This document shows positions 29,279 through 38,972 of a stretch of 64,000 bases of DNA, piece by piece. The notes below the pieces were generated by a model, which was given only the letters and a program-made list of their open reading frames with translations, made no database searches and was not told the DNA's origin. Source of the stretch: an uncultured Trueperaceae bacterium (GTDB taxonomy: Bacteria > Deinococcota > Deinococci > Deinococcales > Trueperaceae); the NCBI GenBank assembly GCA_963815215.1, contig CAWFFU010000009.1, positions 90,019-154,018 on the forward strand. The letters run 5' to 3'. A program made the position numbers and the translations under genes. Position 1 is the stretch's first letter. Every line of letters begins with the position of its first letter.

Positions 29279-29968
29279 GTGATCGCGGTACTGATCTGGA
29301 TCGCCATCGGGCTCGGAGCGCTCGTGGCGCTGCTGCTGCTGGCGTTGGCGCTGCTGTTGCTGGTGCCGGTGGAGCTCGACGGCATCTGGACCGACGACAC
29401 CCGCCGCTTCGCCGTGGCCGGGCCCGGGCTGAGGCTTGGCTACGACGTCGCCGACCGGAGCCTGGAGATCCGCGTGCTGTCGCTGCGCGTGGGACGGTTC
29501 ACGCCGCGTGACGGCGAGCGTTCGCCGCGCCGCCGTCGGCGGGCGTCGCGCGAGCGTCGGAAGCGGGGCCGCAGACGCATCTCGCCGACCAGCCTGTGGC
29601 GGGACCGCCGGCGGATCGGCGCGGCGCTGCGCGCCTTCGTGCGGCGCGTGCGGATCGAGCGCTTCCGCGCCCGTGCGGTGATCGCCAGCCCCGACCCGGC
29701 ATGGACGGGATGGGCGACCGGGATGGCCTACGCCGGCTGGGGCGCCTTGCCGGCGCGCGTCCGGCGCGGCGCCGAGGTGACGGTCGATTTCGAGGGGGAG
29801 GTGCCGCGATTGGAGGGCGAGGCGGCGCTGCGGTTCCAGCCCCTGATCGTGGCGCTGCTGGCGCTGCGGATGTGGTGGGTCGTGCGCCGGGCGAGGCGCA
29901 GGCCCGCATCGACGAGGAGCAGGGTTCGACCCGCCTCCGAGGCGGGAGGAAGGAACGGAGCGTCATGA
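29279..29968 (+). CDS. Membrane-anchored protein, DUF2953/YtfI-like
   Basis: GGGAGG RBS; N-terminal TM LLLLVPV; DPAWTG..G motif; adjacent to YtfJ. Confidence 0.6.
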   Translation: MIAVLIWIAIGLGALVALLLLALALLLLVPVELDGIWTDDTRRFAVAGPGLRLGYDVADRSLEIRVLSLRVGRFTPRDGERSPRRRRRASRERRKRGRRRISPTSLWRDRRRIGAALRAFVRRVRIERFRARAVIASPDPAWTGWATGMAYAGWGALPARVRRGAEVTVDFEGEVPRLEGEAALRFQPLIVALLALRMWWVVRRARRRPASTRSRVRPASEAGGRNGAS

Positions 29969-30390
29969 GCGTACAGGACCTGTTGAAGACCCTGATCGAC
30001 CAGATCGGCACGTTGGCCAAGACCGAGACCGTGGTCGGCGAAGCGCTGCAACTCGGCGAGCACACCGTCATCCCCATCTCGCGGGTGACGGTGGGCTTCG
30101 GCGGTGGCAGTGGCGAGGGCGAGGGCGGCGACGCCACCAAGGGCCAGGGCAAGGGCGCCGGCGGCGGCGGTGGTGGCGGCGTCAAGGTCGAGCCGGCCGC
30201 GTTCATCGTGGTCAAGGGGAGCGAGCTCTCCATCCTGGCGGCGCCGGGCCGGAAGGGCGCATTGGGCGAGCTGTTCGAGCACATGCCCGATCTGGTGAGC
30301 AAGATCACCGCCGCCCAGGCGGGGAAGGGCGCGAAGGGCGGCAAGGCTCCCGGAAACGAGAAGAAGGACGAGCCGGGCCCACCGAGTTGA
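29965..30390 (+). CDS. YtfJ/GerW family protein
   Basis: TETVVGE...TVIPISRVTVGFGGG.G....GGGGGGGVKVEPAAFIVV. Confidence 0.85.
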   Translation: MSVQDLLKTLIDQIGTLAKTETVVGEALQLGEHTVIPISRVTVGFGGGSGEGEGGDATKGQGKGAGGGGGGGVKVEPAAFIVVKGSELSILAAPGRKGALGELFEHMPDLVSKITAAQAGKGAKGGKAPGNEKKDEPGPPS

Positions 30391-30418
30391 AGCTGCGTTG
30401 ACGCTGCGTTGACGCCGC
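30386..30418 (+). repeat. Three 11-bp direct repeats GTTGA(A/C)GC(T/C)GC
   Basis: GTTGAAGCTGC GTTGACGCTGC GTTGACGCCGC overlapping the ytfJ-like stop codon. Confidence 0.75.
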
Positions 30419-30623
30419 GCCACCTGCAGGCGGGGGCCGGGGCGCCGGGAAGGGGAGGCGCCCCGGCGGTGTTGCGTCCACGGCGGCCCGAAGGACTTTC
30501 GCCCCTGGCCGCTGTCCGTCGGCCCGGTCCAAGATGCCGCATGGTCGCGCTGTCGGGTTCGGACCATCGCAGGTGTGCCGCCGGGGCAGTCGATCGCGCG
30601 CCGAACGCGCGGAAGCGGCCGAC

Positions 30624-31073
30624 ATGAGCGGCCGCCGTTCGTTGCAGGCCTCACTCCTCGAGGGGCACAAGCGCAACTCCGGCGCCTTCGTGGTGCTCTA
30701 CCTCGGCCTGTTGCTGCTCCTGCTCATCGAGCAGTTCGTGCTGCACGTCCCGCCCGTGGGCTACCTCGACGTGGCTCTGCTGTTCGCGGCCGTGAACGTG
30801 GTGCTGGCGCTGGAACGCGCCCGCGCCAGCCTCCTGGAGCACGGCACACTGCGCGGCGCCGTCGTTGCGGTGCTTCCGGTGGCTGTCGTGAGCACCGTGT
30901 TCGGAGCGCTGATCGTGCTGGTCGCAGGCTCCGAGCCGACCGTGGTCGCCACCGTCGCGGGGAGCCTGGCGTTCCTGGTGGTGTTCGTGTTCGCTACCGC
31001 CGGCTTCCAGTACCTCTCCCAACGACGGCGCGATCGCCAGGCCGACGCCCGTCGGACCCCGCCCACGCCGTAG
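30624..31073 (+). CDS. Hypothetical membrane protein, about 4 TM
   Basis: Four hydrophobic stretches; coding-like codon usage. Confidence 0.6.
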   Translation: MSGRRSLQASLLEGHKRNSGAFVVLYLGLLLLLLIEQFVLHVPPVGYLDVALLFAAVNVVLALERARASLLEHGTLRGAVVAVLPVAVVSTVFGALIVLVAGSEPTVVATVAGSLAFLVVFVFATAGFQYLSQRRRDRQADARRTPPTP

Positions 31074-31148
31074 CGCCGTTCGTCACCTTGCCGCAGGGGT
31101 CGTACCGTAATCCGAGAGACGATGGCAACGCCGGGATCCCGGCGACCT

Positions 31149-31191
31149 GGTCCGCTGATCGGGTCCGCTGATCGGGTCCGCTGATCGGGTC
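31149..31191 (+). repeat. 13-bp tandem repeat GGTCCGCTGATCG x3
   Basis: Three exact copies between convergent genes. Confidence 0.85.
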
Positions 31192-31287
31192 GGCCGGGCG
31201 CGTCGCCTGACGACTGCGCAGCCGGTCCAACGAAGAGCGGCGCCCGGCCGAAGCCGGACGCCGTCCTGTTGTGTTCTGGTGTCGGTC

Positions 31288-31527
31288 TTAGTAGCGCTGA
31301 GCGCGCCCACTCACCGGCGCCGCGTTGGTCACGACGACGTTGGCGGCCTGCAGCCCCTTATTCCCCTGCTCGACATCGAAATTGACTTCGTCACCTTCAT
31401 TGAGGTTCCGGAAGCCTTCGCCCTGGATCGCCGAGAAGTGGACGAACACGTCCGGACCGCCGTCGCCCTGCTCGATGAAGCCGTAGCCCTTTTCAGCGCT
31501 GAACCACTTGACTCTTCCGCTTGCCAT
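31288..31527 (-). CDS. cspA: Cold-shock protein (CspA family)
   Basis: [15 protein letters not shown] (RNP1), DVFVHFSAI (RNP2), GLQAANV. Confidence 0.95.
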   Translation of the reverse strand: MASGRVKWFSAEKGYGFIEQGDGGPDVFVHFSAIQGEGFRNLNEGDEVNFDVEQGNKGLQAANVVVTNAAPVSGRAQRY

Positions 31528-31629
31528 GTTCCCTACCTTCACTTACTGCCTCGTCGTTTCGAGGCTCTACAGATTTCCGGGCGTTCGCCCGAGTTACGAA
31601 AATTCTTCACAGAGTTTTCGGAACGGTTC

Positions 31630-31658
31630 AGTCTACGCGATGTCCTTCGGGGCCGCAA
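31630..31658 (-). promoter_or_regulatory. Promoter TTGCGG-N17-TAGACT upstream of csp (leader of about 95 nt)
   Basis: Hexamers with 17-bp spacer on minus strand. Confidence 0.55.
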
Positions 31659-31728
31659 GTGCCTCGCGCCACCTGCTCGGCAGCGAGAAGGGCCAACGGG
31701 CAAGCGTTCTCTGACGGCTCGGCCACGC

Positions 31729-32697
31729 TCAGGCGCCGGCGTCGCGCGGGCGCTCGTCGGGCAGGTCCGCGCTTCCGGGAAGCGCCCGGCGCACGTCCTG
31801 GAGGGTGGGTTGCGCGGCGGTACCACCGGCGGCGCGCGTCGACAGCGAACCGCAGGCCGTTCCTAGCGTGAGACAGGCCGCGAGCGGCCAGCCGCGGGTC
31901 CAGCCGTAGAGGAAGCCGGCGTCGAAGGAGTCGCCGGCTCCGGTGGTGTCCACCACGTCCACCGCGAGCGCGCCGCGGCGCGCCCGGTCACGCCCGCTCC
32001 AGGCCTCGCCTCCGTCCGCCCCGCGCTTCACCGCCACGGTGCCGACGCGCCGGCTCAGCGCCTGAAGCGCCGCGCCCAGCTCGGGCTCTCCGCTGAGTCG
32101 CAGGGCCTCGGTCTCGTTGGGCAGGAGCACGTCGACCCACGGCAGGAGCCGATCGAGCCCGCCGTCCCAGGCGCCGCTGGGGTCGAAGTTGGTGTCGAGC
32201 GAGGTGGTGAGGCCGCGGGCCCGGGCCCGCTCGAACAGCGCCGGCGCGTCCGGGCGCAGCGCGTCGAGCAGGAAGTAGCTGCCCAGGTGCAGGTGTGCGC
32301 CGTCGGCCAGCAGCGCGTCGGGCACGTCCTCGGCCCGCAACGCGGGGATGGCGCCGGGGAAGGTCAGGATGGCCCGGTCGGAGGGGCGCGACAGGATCAC
32401 ACTGACGCCGGTGCGCAGGGCGGGGTCGACGCGACAGGCGCCGACGTCGACCCCGCGGTTCGCCATGGCGTCGAGCATGTAGCGTCCGAAGGGGTCGTCG
32501 CCGACGACCCCGACGAAGGCGGTGCGGAGCCCCAGCCGGGCGGCGCCGCACGCCATGATCGCCGCCGACGAGCCGATCTCCAGATCTGCGTCGTCGACCA
32601 GCTTCTCCGCCTGCCCGAAGGCGGGCGTGAGGTCGTCGTCGCGCAGGATGAGGTCGGGGTTGATCTCCCCGACGACCAGCAGGTCGAAGCGCCTCAC
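31729..32697 (-). CDS. PfkB/ribokinase family carbohydrate kinase
   Basis: VGEINPD, GVVGDDPFG, LPNETE, VVDTTGAGDSFDAG. Confidence 0.92.
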   Translation of the reverse strand: MRRFDLLVVGEINPDLILRDDDLTPAFGQAEKLVDDADLEIGSSAAIMACGAARLGLRTAFVGVVGDDPFGRYMLDAMANRGVDVGACRVDPALRTGVSVILSRPSDRAILTFPGAIPALRAEDVPDALLADGAHLHLGSYFLLDALRPDAPALFERARARGLTTSLDTNFDPSGAWDGGLDRLLPWVDVLLPNETEALRLSGEPELGAALQALSRRVGTVAVKRGADGGEAWSGRDRARRGALAVDVVDTTGAGDSFDAGFLYGWTRGWPLAACLTLGTACGSLSTRAAGGTAAQPTLQDVRRALPGSADLPDERPRDAGA

Positions 32698-32758
32698 GGC
32701 GGGCCGCCGCGGGGAGCGCGGCGACGGGGGAGGGCCCCGCCGCCGCGCGTCCTGGCGT

Positions 32759-34036
32759 TCACTCGTGCAGCGTCACGCCGCCGGCGGTCTTGCCGGCCAT
32801 GAACGCGGCGATGCTGTCGGCCGCCTGCTGCGGCGACTGCATGCCGAGAAGGGCGCGTTGCACGGCCACGATGGTGGTCTGGACGAGCTCGTCGTACCAC
32901 TCCACCTGGGGCAGCGGCCGCGCCTTCGCGGACTGCGCGCCGAACTGTTGCCAGTAGGGGTACTTCTGCAACAGCGCAGGATCTGTGTAGAGCGCCGTGA
33001 ACAGCGGCAGGCTGCCGAGCTTCTCGGCCCGCTCGCGGTCGCGCTCCGGTGAGATCATGTAGTGGATGTACTGCCAGGCGGCGTCCTTGTTCTTCGACGC
33101 CTTGGGGATGGCGAAGGCTTCGGGCAGCGTCAATGTGGCCTGCGACTCGCCGGACTCGGCCGGCAGCCACGCCGCGGCCTCGACCTGACCGACCACCTTC
33201 GAGCGCTGCGGGTCGTTGGCGTAGTTCTGCGTCACCGGCGGGCCCTGGAAGAAGAAGGCGGCGTTGCCGGCGTAGAGCAGGTCGGCAGCGGCCTCTTGCG
33301 ACAGCGTGATGCTGGACGGGTTGGCGATCTTGTCGGTCTTCAGCATGTCGACCATGAAGGCCAGCGCCTTGACCGCCTGCGGCTTGTTGATGGTGATGGT
33401 GCCGTCGGCCGAGAAGTAGTCGGTGCCGAAGCTGTAGAGGTAGAAGGCGAAGGAGTTGGCGAGCGCCCACTCCTGGTTCCAGTACTCGGTGACCGGGTAC
33501 TCGACGATGCCCTTGTCCTTGAGGGCGGCGCTGTCGGCGACGACCTCGTCCCAGGTCTTGGGCGGCTGAGCGATGCCGGCCTTGTCGAGCATGGCCTTGT
33601 TGTAGAAGAAGAAGCGGGTGTCGTTGTTCCAGGGGATGCCCAGGACCTGGCCGTTCTTGGTGAAGGTGGCGAGCAGGCCCGGCAGGAGCGAGTCGAGGTA
33701 GGCCTGGTCGGCGTAGCTGCCCAGCGGCTCGACCCAGTCGGCCGACGCGAACTTGGCGACCCAGCCGTTGTCGAACTCGATCACGTCGTAGGTTCCGCCG
33801 CCGGCGGCGAGGTCGGTGAGGACCTTGTTGGCGACCTCGTCCCACGACATCTGGATGAATTCGACACTGATGCCGCTCTGCTGCTCGAACTGGCGTGTCT
33901 GCGCTTCCCACAGGCCCACCAGGTCCATCTCGTGGCGCGGCATGATGACGGTGATCTTCTGCGCCACCGCGGGGCCGGCGAGCAGAAGCGCGGCGACCAG
34001 CGCGGCGATGAGGCGCCTTGCGATACGTGGCAACAT
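32759..34036 (-). CDS. Carbohydrate ABC transporter substrate-binding protein
   Basis: AGGAGG RBS; signal peptide; FYNK.ML.KAG, PPKTWDE. Confidence 0.9.
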   Translation of the reverse strand: MLPRIARRLIAALVAALLLAGPAVAQKITVIMPRHEMDLVGLWEAQTRQFEQQSGISVEFIQMSWDEVANKVLTDLAAGGGTYDVIEFDNGWVAKFASADWVEPLGSYADQAYLDSLLPGLLATFTKNGQVLGIPWNNDTRFFFYNKAMLDKAGIAQPPKTWDEVVADSAALKDKGIVEYPVTEYWNQEWALANSFAFYLYSFGTDYFSADGTITINKPQAVKALAFMVDMLKTDKIANPSSITLSQEAAADLLYAGNAAFFFQGPPVTQNYANDPQRSKVVGQVEAAAWLPAESGESQATLTLPEAFAIPKASKNKDAAWQYIHYMISPERDRERAEKLGSLPLFTALYTDPALLQKYPYWQQFGAQSAKARPLPQVEWYDELVQTTIVAVQRALLGMQSPQQAADSIAAFMAGKTAGGVTLHE

Positions 34037-34165
34037 GGGTTCACCCTCCTAAAGGTGTTGGTTGGCTCGATGCCTCGCTTGCGTCATGCGGTTCGTCCTA
34101 GCGGCCCTCCCTCCTTCCCGGGGGCGCCCGCGTGGGGATGCTGCGGGCGCGTGCCCGTCGGGCTC

Positions 34166-34199
34166 TCATGGCCTGTCCCTTCATGGCCTATCCCTTCAC
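34166..34199 (+). repeat. 15-bp tandem duplication TCATGGCCT(G/A)TCCCT at permease stop
   Basis: Two near-identical copies plus a partial third. Confidence 0.6.
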
Positions 34200-35097
34200 G
34201 GCTCCGGCCGTGAGGCCCTGGATGATGTAGCGCTGGAAGAACAGCGCCAGCAGTACGGGGGGCAGCGAAGTGAGCACGCCCGCCGTGGCCATGGCGCCGT
34301 AGTCGACGCCGACCTTGCTGGAGAACTCGGCGACGATGACGCTGAGGGTCTTCGAGTGCAGCGTGGAGCTCAGGATGAAGGCGGTGAAGAACTCGTTCCA
34401 GGCGATGATGAAGGCGAACATGCCGCCGGCGGCCAGCCCCGAGCTCGAAAGCGGCAGCACCACCCGGAACAGCGCGCTGGCCCGGGTGCAGCCGTCGATG
34501 CGGGCGGCGTCCTCGAGGCTGGTGGGGATGCCGTCGAAGTAGCCCTTCAGGATCCAGGTGATGAGCGGCAGGATGATGGCGATGTCGGCCAGCATGAGCG
34601 CGAACACGGTGTCGAGCAGCCCGATGCTGCGGAACACCACGTACATGGGGATGATGATGACCACGGTGGGCAGAAGCTGGGTCGCCAGCAAGGTGGCGAG
34701 GAAGGCGCCCTTGAGGCGGAAGCGCAGCCGGCTCACCGCGTACGCCGACAGCGAGCCTGCCACCAGTGACACCAGCGTTGCGAGCCCCGCCACGATCAAG
34801 CTGTTCAGGGCGCCGGCGCGGACGCTTCGGTGGACGCTGGTGCTCGAAGCCGCCCCCCACGAAGATGTCGACGTAGTTGGACAGGTCGAGGTGGTCGGGC
34901 AGCCACTGCAGCGGCTTCGAGGTGAGCGCCGCGCGCGTCGAGACGCTGGAGATGACGAGCCACGCGAACGGCGCCAGCACCCACAGCACCACGGCCAGGA
35001 CCGCGAGGTAGAGCAGGACGCGGCCCAGCAGCCGCCGCCGGCGGCGCCGGGAGCGGCCGCCGGCGGCGCTGTTGGCGCGAAGCGAGCGGGCGCTCAT
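34188..35097 (-). CDS. Carbohydrate ABC permease (MalG-like); apparent +1 frameshift at 34853-34858
   Basis: N-terminus MSARS...NYVDIFV joins GAASSTSVHRSVRAGALNSLIVAG after removing one G; IPTSLEDAARIDG; GLTAGAVKG. Confidence 0.85.
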
Positions 35098-36032
35098 TCG
35101 GCGGTCTCCCGGGGCGAGATCATGCGCACGTAGAAGAACGCGATGATCAGCGACAGCACCACCAGGATGAACGCCATCGAGGCGCCGTAGCCGAACTTCA
35201 GGAACTTGAAGGTCGTCAGGTAGGTGTAGAAGGTGGCGACGTTGGTGGCGTTGGCGGGGCCGCCGCCGGTCATGACGTAGATGAGGTCGAACTCCTTGAG
35301 CGCCCACACCGTCTTGACCACCATCGTCACCGCGATCACCGCCCGAAGGCTGGGGAAGGTCACGGCCCAGAACTGCCGCCAGGCGTTGGCGCCGTCGACC
35401 CGGGCCGCCTCGTACTGCTCCTGCGGGATGGTCTGCAGCGCGGCCAGCAACAGGATGACGGCGACCGGCGTCTCCTTCCAGATGTTGGCCACGATCACCA
35501 GGTGGAAGGCAGAGACGGGATAGCCCAACCAGATGTGGTAGTGGTCGATCAGCCCGACCTGCTGCAGCAGCGCGTTGAGCGCGCCGTAATTGGCGTTGAG
35601 GATCCACTTCCACATCACGCCGTTGACGATGTAGGGCATCGCCCACGGCAGGATGATGAGGCCGCGCACGAAGCCGCGCCCCCAGAAGCGCTGATTGAGC
35701 AGCAGCGCGATGAGCAGCCCCAGCGTGGTCTCCGCCGGCACCGTGATCAGCGCGAAGTAGAAGGTGCGCCCCAGGGAGGCCCGGAACTCCGGGTCCTGCA
35801 GCGCCCGCAGGTAGTTGGCGAGACCGATGAAGGCGCCGCTGTCCGGTTGCGAGAGCACGCGGTCGGTCAGGCTCATGCGCAGCGTGTCGAGGATGGGGTA
35901 GAGCAGCACCCCGAACACCAGCACCAGGGTGGGCACCAGCAGCAGCGTGGCCAGGAAGCCGGGCCGGTCGAGCCAGGTGGACCAGCCGGGCAGCGCGAAG
36001 CGCGACCGGCCGGGGCCGCCTGCCGCCCTCAC
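35094..36032 (-). CDS. Carbohydrate ABC permease (MalF-like)
   Basis: FIGLANY, YEAARVDGA, MTGGGP. Confidence 0.92.
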   Translation of the reverse strand: MRAAGGPGRSRFALPGWSTWLDRPGFLATLLLVPTLVLVFGVLLYPILDTLRMSLTDRVLSQPDSGAFIGLANYLRALQDPEFRASLGRTFYFALITVPAETTLGLLIALLLNQRFWGRGFVRGLIILPWAMPYIVNGVMWKWILNANYGALNALLQQVGLIDHYHIWLGYPVSAFHLVIVANIWKETPVAVILLLAALQTIPQEQYEAARVDGANAWRQFWAVTFPSLRAVIAVTMVVKTVWALKEFDLIYVMTGGGPANATNVATFYTYLTTFKFLKFGYGASMAFILVVLSLIIAFFYVRMISPRETAE

Positions 36033-37027
36033 GGCAGCCGCTCCGTGCGCACGGCGCCGGCCAGCTCACGGACGGCCGCGCCGTCGACGGTGCCGCCCCC
36101 GCCGCGGCGGGCGTTGTCGGCGCCGGCCGCCACGCCCAGCGCCAGCGCCCGCTCGGCGGGCTCGCCGGCGTCCTCGGCCCACAGGAAGGCTCCCAGCAGG
36201 CAGTCGCCCGAGCCGATCGGGTTGACGACATCGACGCGCGGGGCGTGCGCCAGCCAGCGCTCGCGGCCGCACACCAGCAGCGCGCCGTCCTCGCCGAGGG
36301 TGACCAGGACGCGCGCGCCGTAGCGGCGCTGCAGCGCCTCGGCGGCGGCGAGCGGGTCGTCGGGGGACGTCAGCCCCAGCACGTGCGCGGCCTCGGCCAG
36401 CTCGCGGCGGTTGGGCTTGATCAGCTCCGCGCCCGCCTCCAGGGCGGCGAGGAGGGCGGGGCCGTGGGCGTCCATGACGACGGGGCCCGGAAGGTCCGCC
36501 AGCAGGGCGGCGAAGGTCGCCGGCGGGGTCCCCGGCGGAAGGCTGCCCGACACGGCCAGCCTGCCCTCGGGGAGCTTCGCCAGCAGCGTGCGCCAGGCGA
36601 CCTCGTCGACCTGGGGGCCCGCCTCGTTGATCTCGGTCGGGTGAGCGCTACCGTCCAGCACGATGGTGCACTCGCGGGTCTCGCCGTTCACCTCGGTGAG
36701 CGCGCCGGACAGCCCTTCGGCTTCGAGCAATGCGCGGAACTTGCGTCCGTTGAACCCTGCCAGCGGCCCCGCCACCACGACACCGGCCTGCGCGACGTCG
36801 CTGGCGGGGTCGGAGGCGGGGTCGGAGGCGGCGAGCGCGGCGACGGCGCGCGCCAGGTTGACGCCCTTGCCGCCCGCCGCTTCCCTCACGTGGGCCACGC
36901 GGTGCAGCGTTCCGGGCTCGAGCCCGCGGCCCAGCGTGAGGGTCCGGTCGAGCGCCGGGTTGGGCGTCAGCGCGACGATGGGGCGCGCCGAGCGTTGGAT
37001 CGTGGGTCGCGTCATGGCTGGCCTCAC
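36029..37027 (-). CDS. 1-phosphofructokinase/tagatose-6-phosphate kinase family (PfkB)
   Basis: TPNPALD, GGKGVN, ETRE, SGSLPPG, IKPNRREL, NPIGSGD. Confidence 0.9.
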   Translation of the reverse strand: MRPAMTRPTIQRSARPIVALTPNPALDRTLTLGRGLEPGTLHRVAHVREAAGGKGVNLARAVAALAASDPASDPASDVAQAGVVVAGPLAGFNGRKFRALLEAEGLSGALTEVNGETRECTIVLDGSAHPTEINEAGPQVDEVAWRTLLAKLPEGRLAVSGSLPPGTPPATFAALLADLPGPVVMDAHGPALLAALEAGAELIKPNRRELAEAAHVLGLTSPDDPLAAAEALQRRYGARVLVTLGEDGALLVCGRERWLAHAPRVDVVNPIGSGDCLLGAFLWAEDAGEPAERALALGVAAGADNARRGGGGTVDGAAVRELAGAVRTERLP

Positions 37028-37071
37028 GGTGGCTCCGGGTGGCTCCGGGCGGCGCGGCTGCGGTCGGGCGG

Positions 37072-38112
37072 TCAGATCCGCTCGAGCTCGATGGCGAAGC
37101 GCAGGTTGCGGGGGTGGTCGGGGTCGAGGCCCTTGCCCACGCCGCGATGGTGGGCCAGGAGCTGGAGCGGGGGCAGGTAGAGCGGCAGGCGCGCTTCCTC
37201 CGACAGGCCGCTGCCGAAGTTCAGCACGGTGGCGCCCGGGACGACGTCGCTGTCGAGGGGGTCGTCGCAGACCACCAGCACGCGGGCGCCCAGGTGCACC
37301 ATCTCGCGCAGCACCGCCGCCTCGGCGCGGGTCGGGTCGTTCCCCAGCAGCCCGACGACGAGGGTGTTCTCGTCGACCATGCTCTGCGGACCGTGCCGGA
37401 ACTCGAGGGTCTGGAACGCTTCGGCCTCGGTGAGCGAGGTCTCCTTGAGCTTCAGGGCTCCCTCCATCGCCAGCCCCCAGCGGTCGCCGGTGCCGAGCAC
37501 GTAGATGCGCTCGGGCGCCATGGCGAGGGGCTTGACGGCTTCCTCGGAGCGATCGATCCAGGCCGGCGCCAGCTCCGGCAGGCGCCGCAGCGACGCGCGC
37601 GCGGGCTCGTCGCGGCCCGCCAGCGCCGCGAGCGACAGCACCGTCAGCAGTTGCGCGCTGAACGAGCGCGTCTGCACCGTCGAGTCCTCGGCGGCGCCGG
37701 GGATGACCAGCGCGTGGTCGGCGGCGTCGATGATCGGGGTCTGGGCGACGGTGGTGATGCCCACGGCCAGGGCGCCGCCGGCGCGCATGGCGGTGAGCGC
37801 CCGCAAGGTCTCGGTGGTGGTCCCGGAGCGAGAGATGCCGAGCGCCAGGCCGCCGCGGGTGACCGGGTAGAGCTCGGGGTGCAGCAGCGCTTCGGACGCC
37901 GGCACCGCCATGGCGTCTCGGCCACGGCGCACCCAGGCGCCGCGGGCGGCCAGGCCCAGGTAGTACGACGAGCCGGCGCCGAGCATCAGCGTGGCGGGGG
38001 CCGCGCCGGCCAGCGCGTCGGCCAGCTCGGGCCCGGCAGCGTCGACGGCGGCGATGGCGGCGGACCAGGCGTCGCCTTGGGAACGGATCTCGCGGAGCAT
38101 GTGGCTGATCAT
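37072..38112 (-). CDS. Double-SIS sugar-amine-phosphate deaminase/isomerase (AgaS/GlmD/FrlB-like)
   Basis: MLREIRSQ, GAGSSY, ISRSGTTTET, E.STVQTRSFS, EGALKLKE, EFRHGP, DPDHPRNL. Confidence 0.9.
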   Translation of the reverse strand: MISHMLREIRSQGDAWSAAIAAVDAAGPELADALAGAAPATLMLGAGSSYYLGLAARGAWVRRGRDAMAVPASEALLHPELYPVTRGGLALGISRSGTTTETLRALTAMRAGGALAVGITTVAQTPIIDAADHALVIPGAAEDSTVQTRSFSAQLLTVLSLAALAGRDEPARASLRRLPELAPAWIDRSEEAVKPLAMAPERIYVLGTGDRWGLAMEGALKLKETSLTEAEAFQTLEFRHGPQSMVDENTLVVGLLGNDPTRAEAAVLREMVHLGARVLVVCDDPLDSDVVPGATVLNFGSGLSEEARLPLYLPPLQLLAHHRGVGKGLDPDHPRNLRFAIELERI

Positions 38113-38924
38113 GATGGGGTCTCCCCTCCCGATTCCAGGGGCGGGAGCCGGCTCGCCAGGAGCACGTTCAGGCCCGCGTCCTCCAGGGCCCGGTGCTCCG
38201 GGGTCGGCAACCCGTCGTCGGCGATGAGGCCGGCGACGTCGCCCAGTGGCGCGAAGCGAGCCAGGGTGCGGCGTCCCACCTTGGAGTGGTCCGCCACCAC
38301 GTAGGTGCGTTCGCTGATCGCCGTGAACTGCCGTGCCATGGCCGCCTCGGGGTGGTCGCGCATGGAGAACCCGAAGTCGGTGGTGATGCCGGAGCAGCCC
38401 ACGAAACACAGGTCGAGGCGGTACTCCTGAAGCGAGTACGACGCCATCTCGCCCACCAGCTCGTAGGAGTACGCGTTGAGGGCGCCGCCGGTGACGATCA
38501 CCTTGGTGCGACCGTGGTTGTACAGCTCGGTCGCCACGTTGATGGCGTTGGTGACGACGGTGATGGGCGCGCCGCGCAGCCAGCGCGCCAGCTCGGTACA
38601 GGTGGTCCCACCCGAGAGACCCACCACCATGTCGACCTCGGCCATCATCGCGGCCTGCGCCGCGATCTGCCGCTTCGCCTCGGCTTGGTCGTCGGCAGCC
38701 CGCGAGAAGTCTTCGAGATAGCGGATGGGGGAGCGCACGCGCGCTCCGCCCCAGGTGCGGTCCACCAGCCCCCGCCGCTCGAGCGACGCGAGGTCGCGGC
38801 GCACGGTAGCGAGCGAGATGCCGAGTCGATCCGCCAGGTCCGCGGCGCTGACCTTCCCGTGCTGCATCACCAAGCGGTGCAGCGTCTGCTGTCGGTTCCG
38901 GCTGTTCGGGCGCCGTTCGGTCAT
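38109..38924 (-). CDS. DeoR/GlpR family transcriptional regulator (AgaR-like)
   Basis: SLATVRRDL..LE, RTWGGA, GGTT, VVTNA, ADHSK. Confidence 0.92.
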   Translation of the reverse strand: MTERRPNSRNRQQTLHRLVMQHGKVSAADLADRLGISLATVRRDLASLERRGLVDRTWGGARVRSPIRYLEDFSRAADDQAEAKRQIAAQAAMMAEVDMVVGLSGGTTCTELARWLRGAPITVVTNAINVATELYNHGRTKVIVTGGALNAYSYELVGEMASYSLQEYRLDLCFVGCSGITTDFGFSMRDHPEAAMARQFTAISERTYVVADHSKVGRRTLARFAPLGDVAGLIADDGLPTPEHRALEDAGLNVLLASRLPPLESGGETPS

Positions 38925-38972
38925 GGGTCCACCCTGAGTGTAGGCGTTGGCGCAGCAATTGTCAGGAAAGTA

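Noticed and set aside
31149..31191. 13-bp triple repeat as a possible CRISPR or iteron array
   Set aside because: No spacers, unit too short, and no cas or rep gene; a simple tandem duplication.
37072..38958. Apparent long N-terminal extensions or fusions in the ORF track (SIS 628 aa, RR 441 aa, GHMP 544 aa, cupin 506 aa, DUF2953-like 652 aa)
   Set aside because: The extensions are off-frame read-through over the upstream gene; real starts sit at the overlaps or RBSs given in the features.
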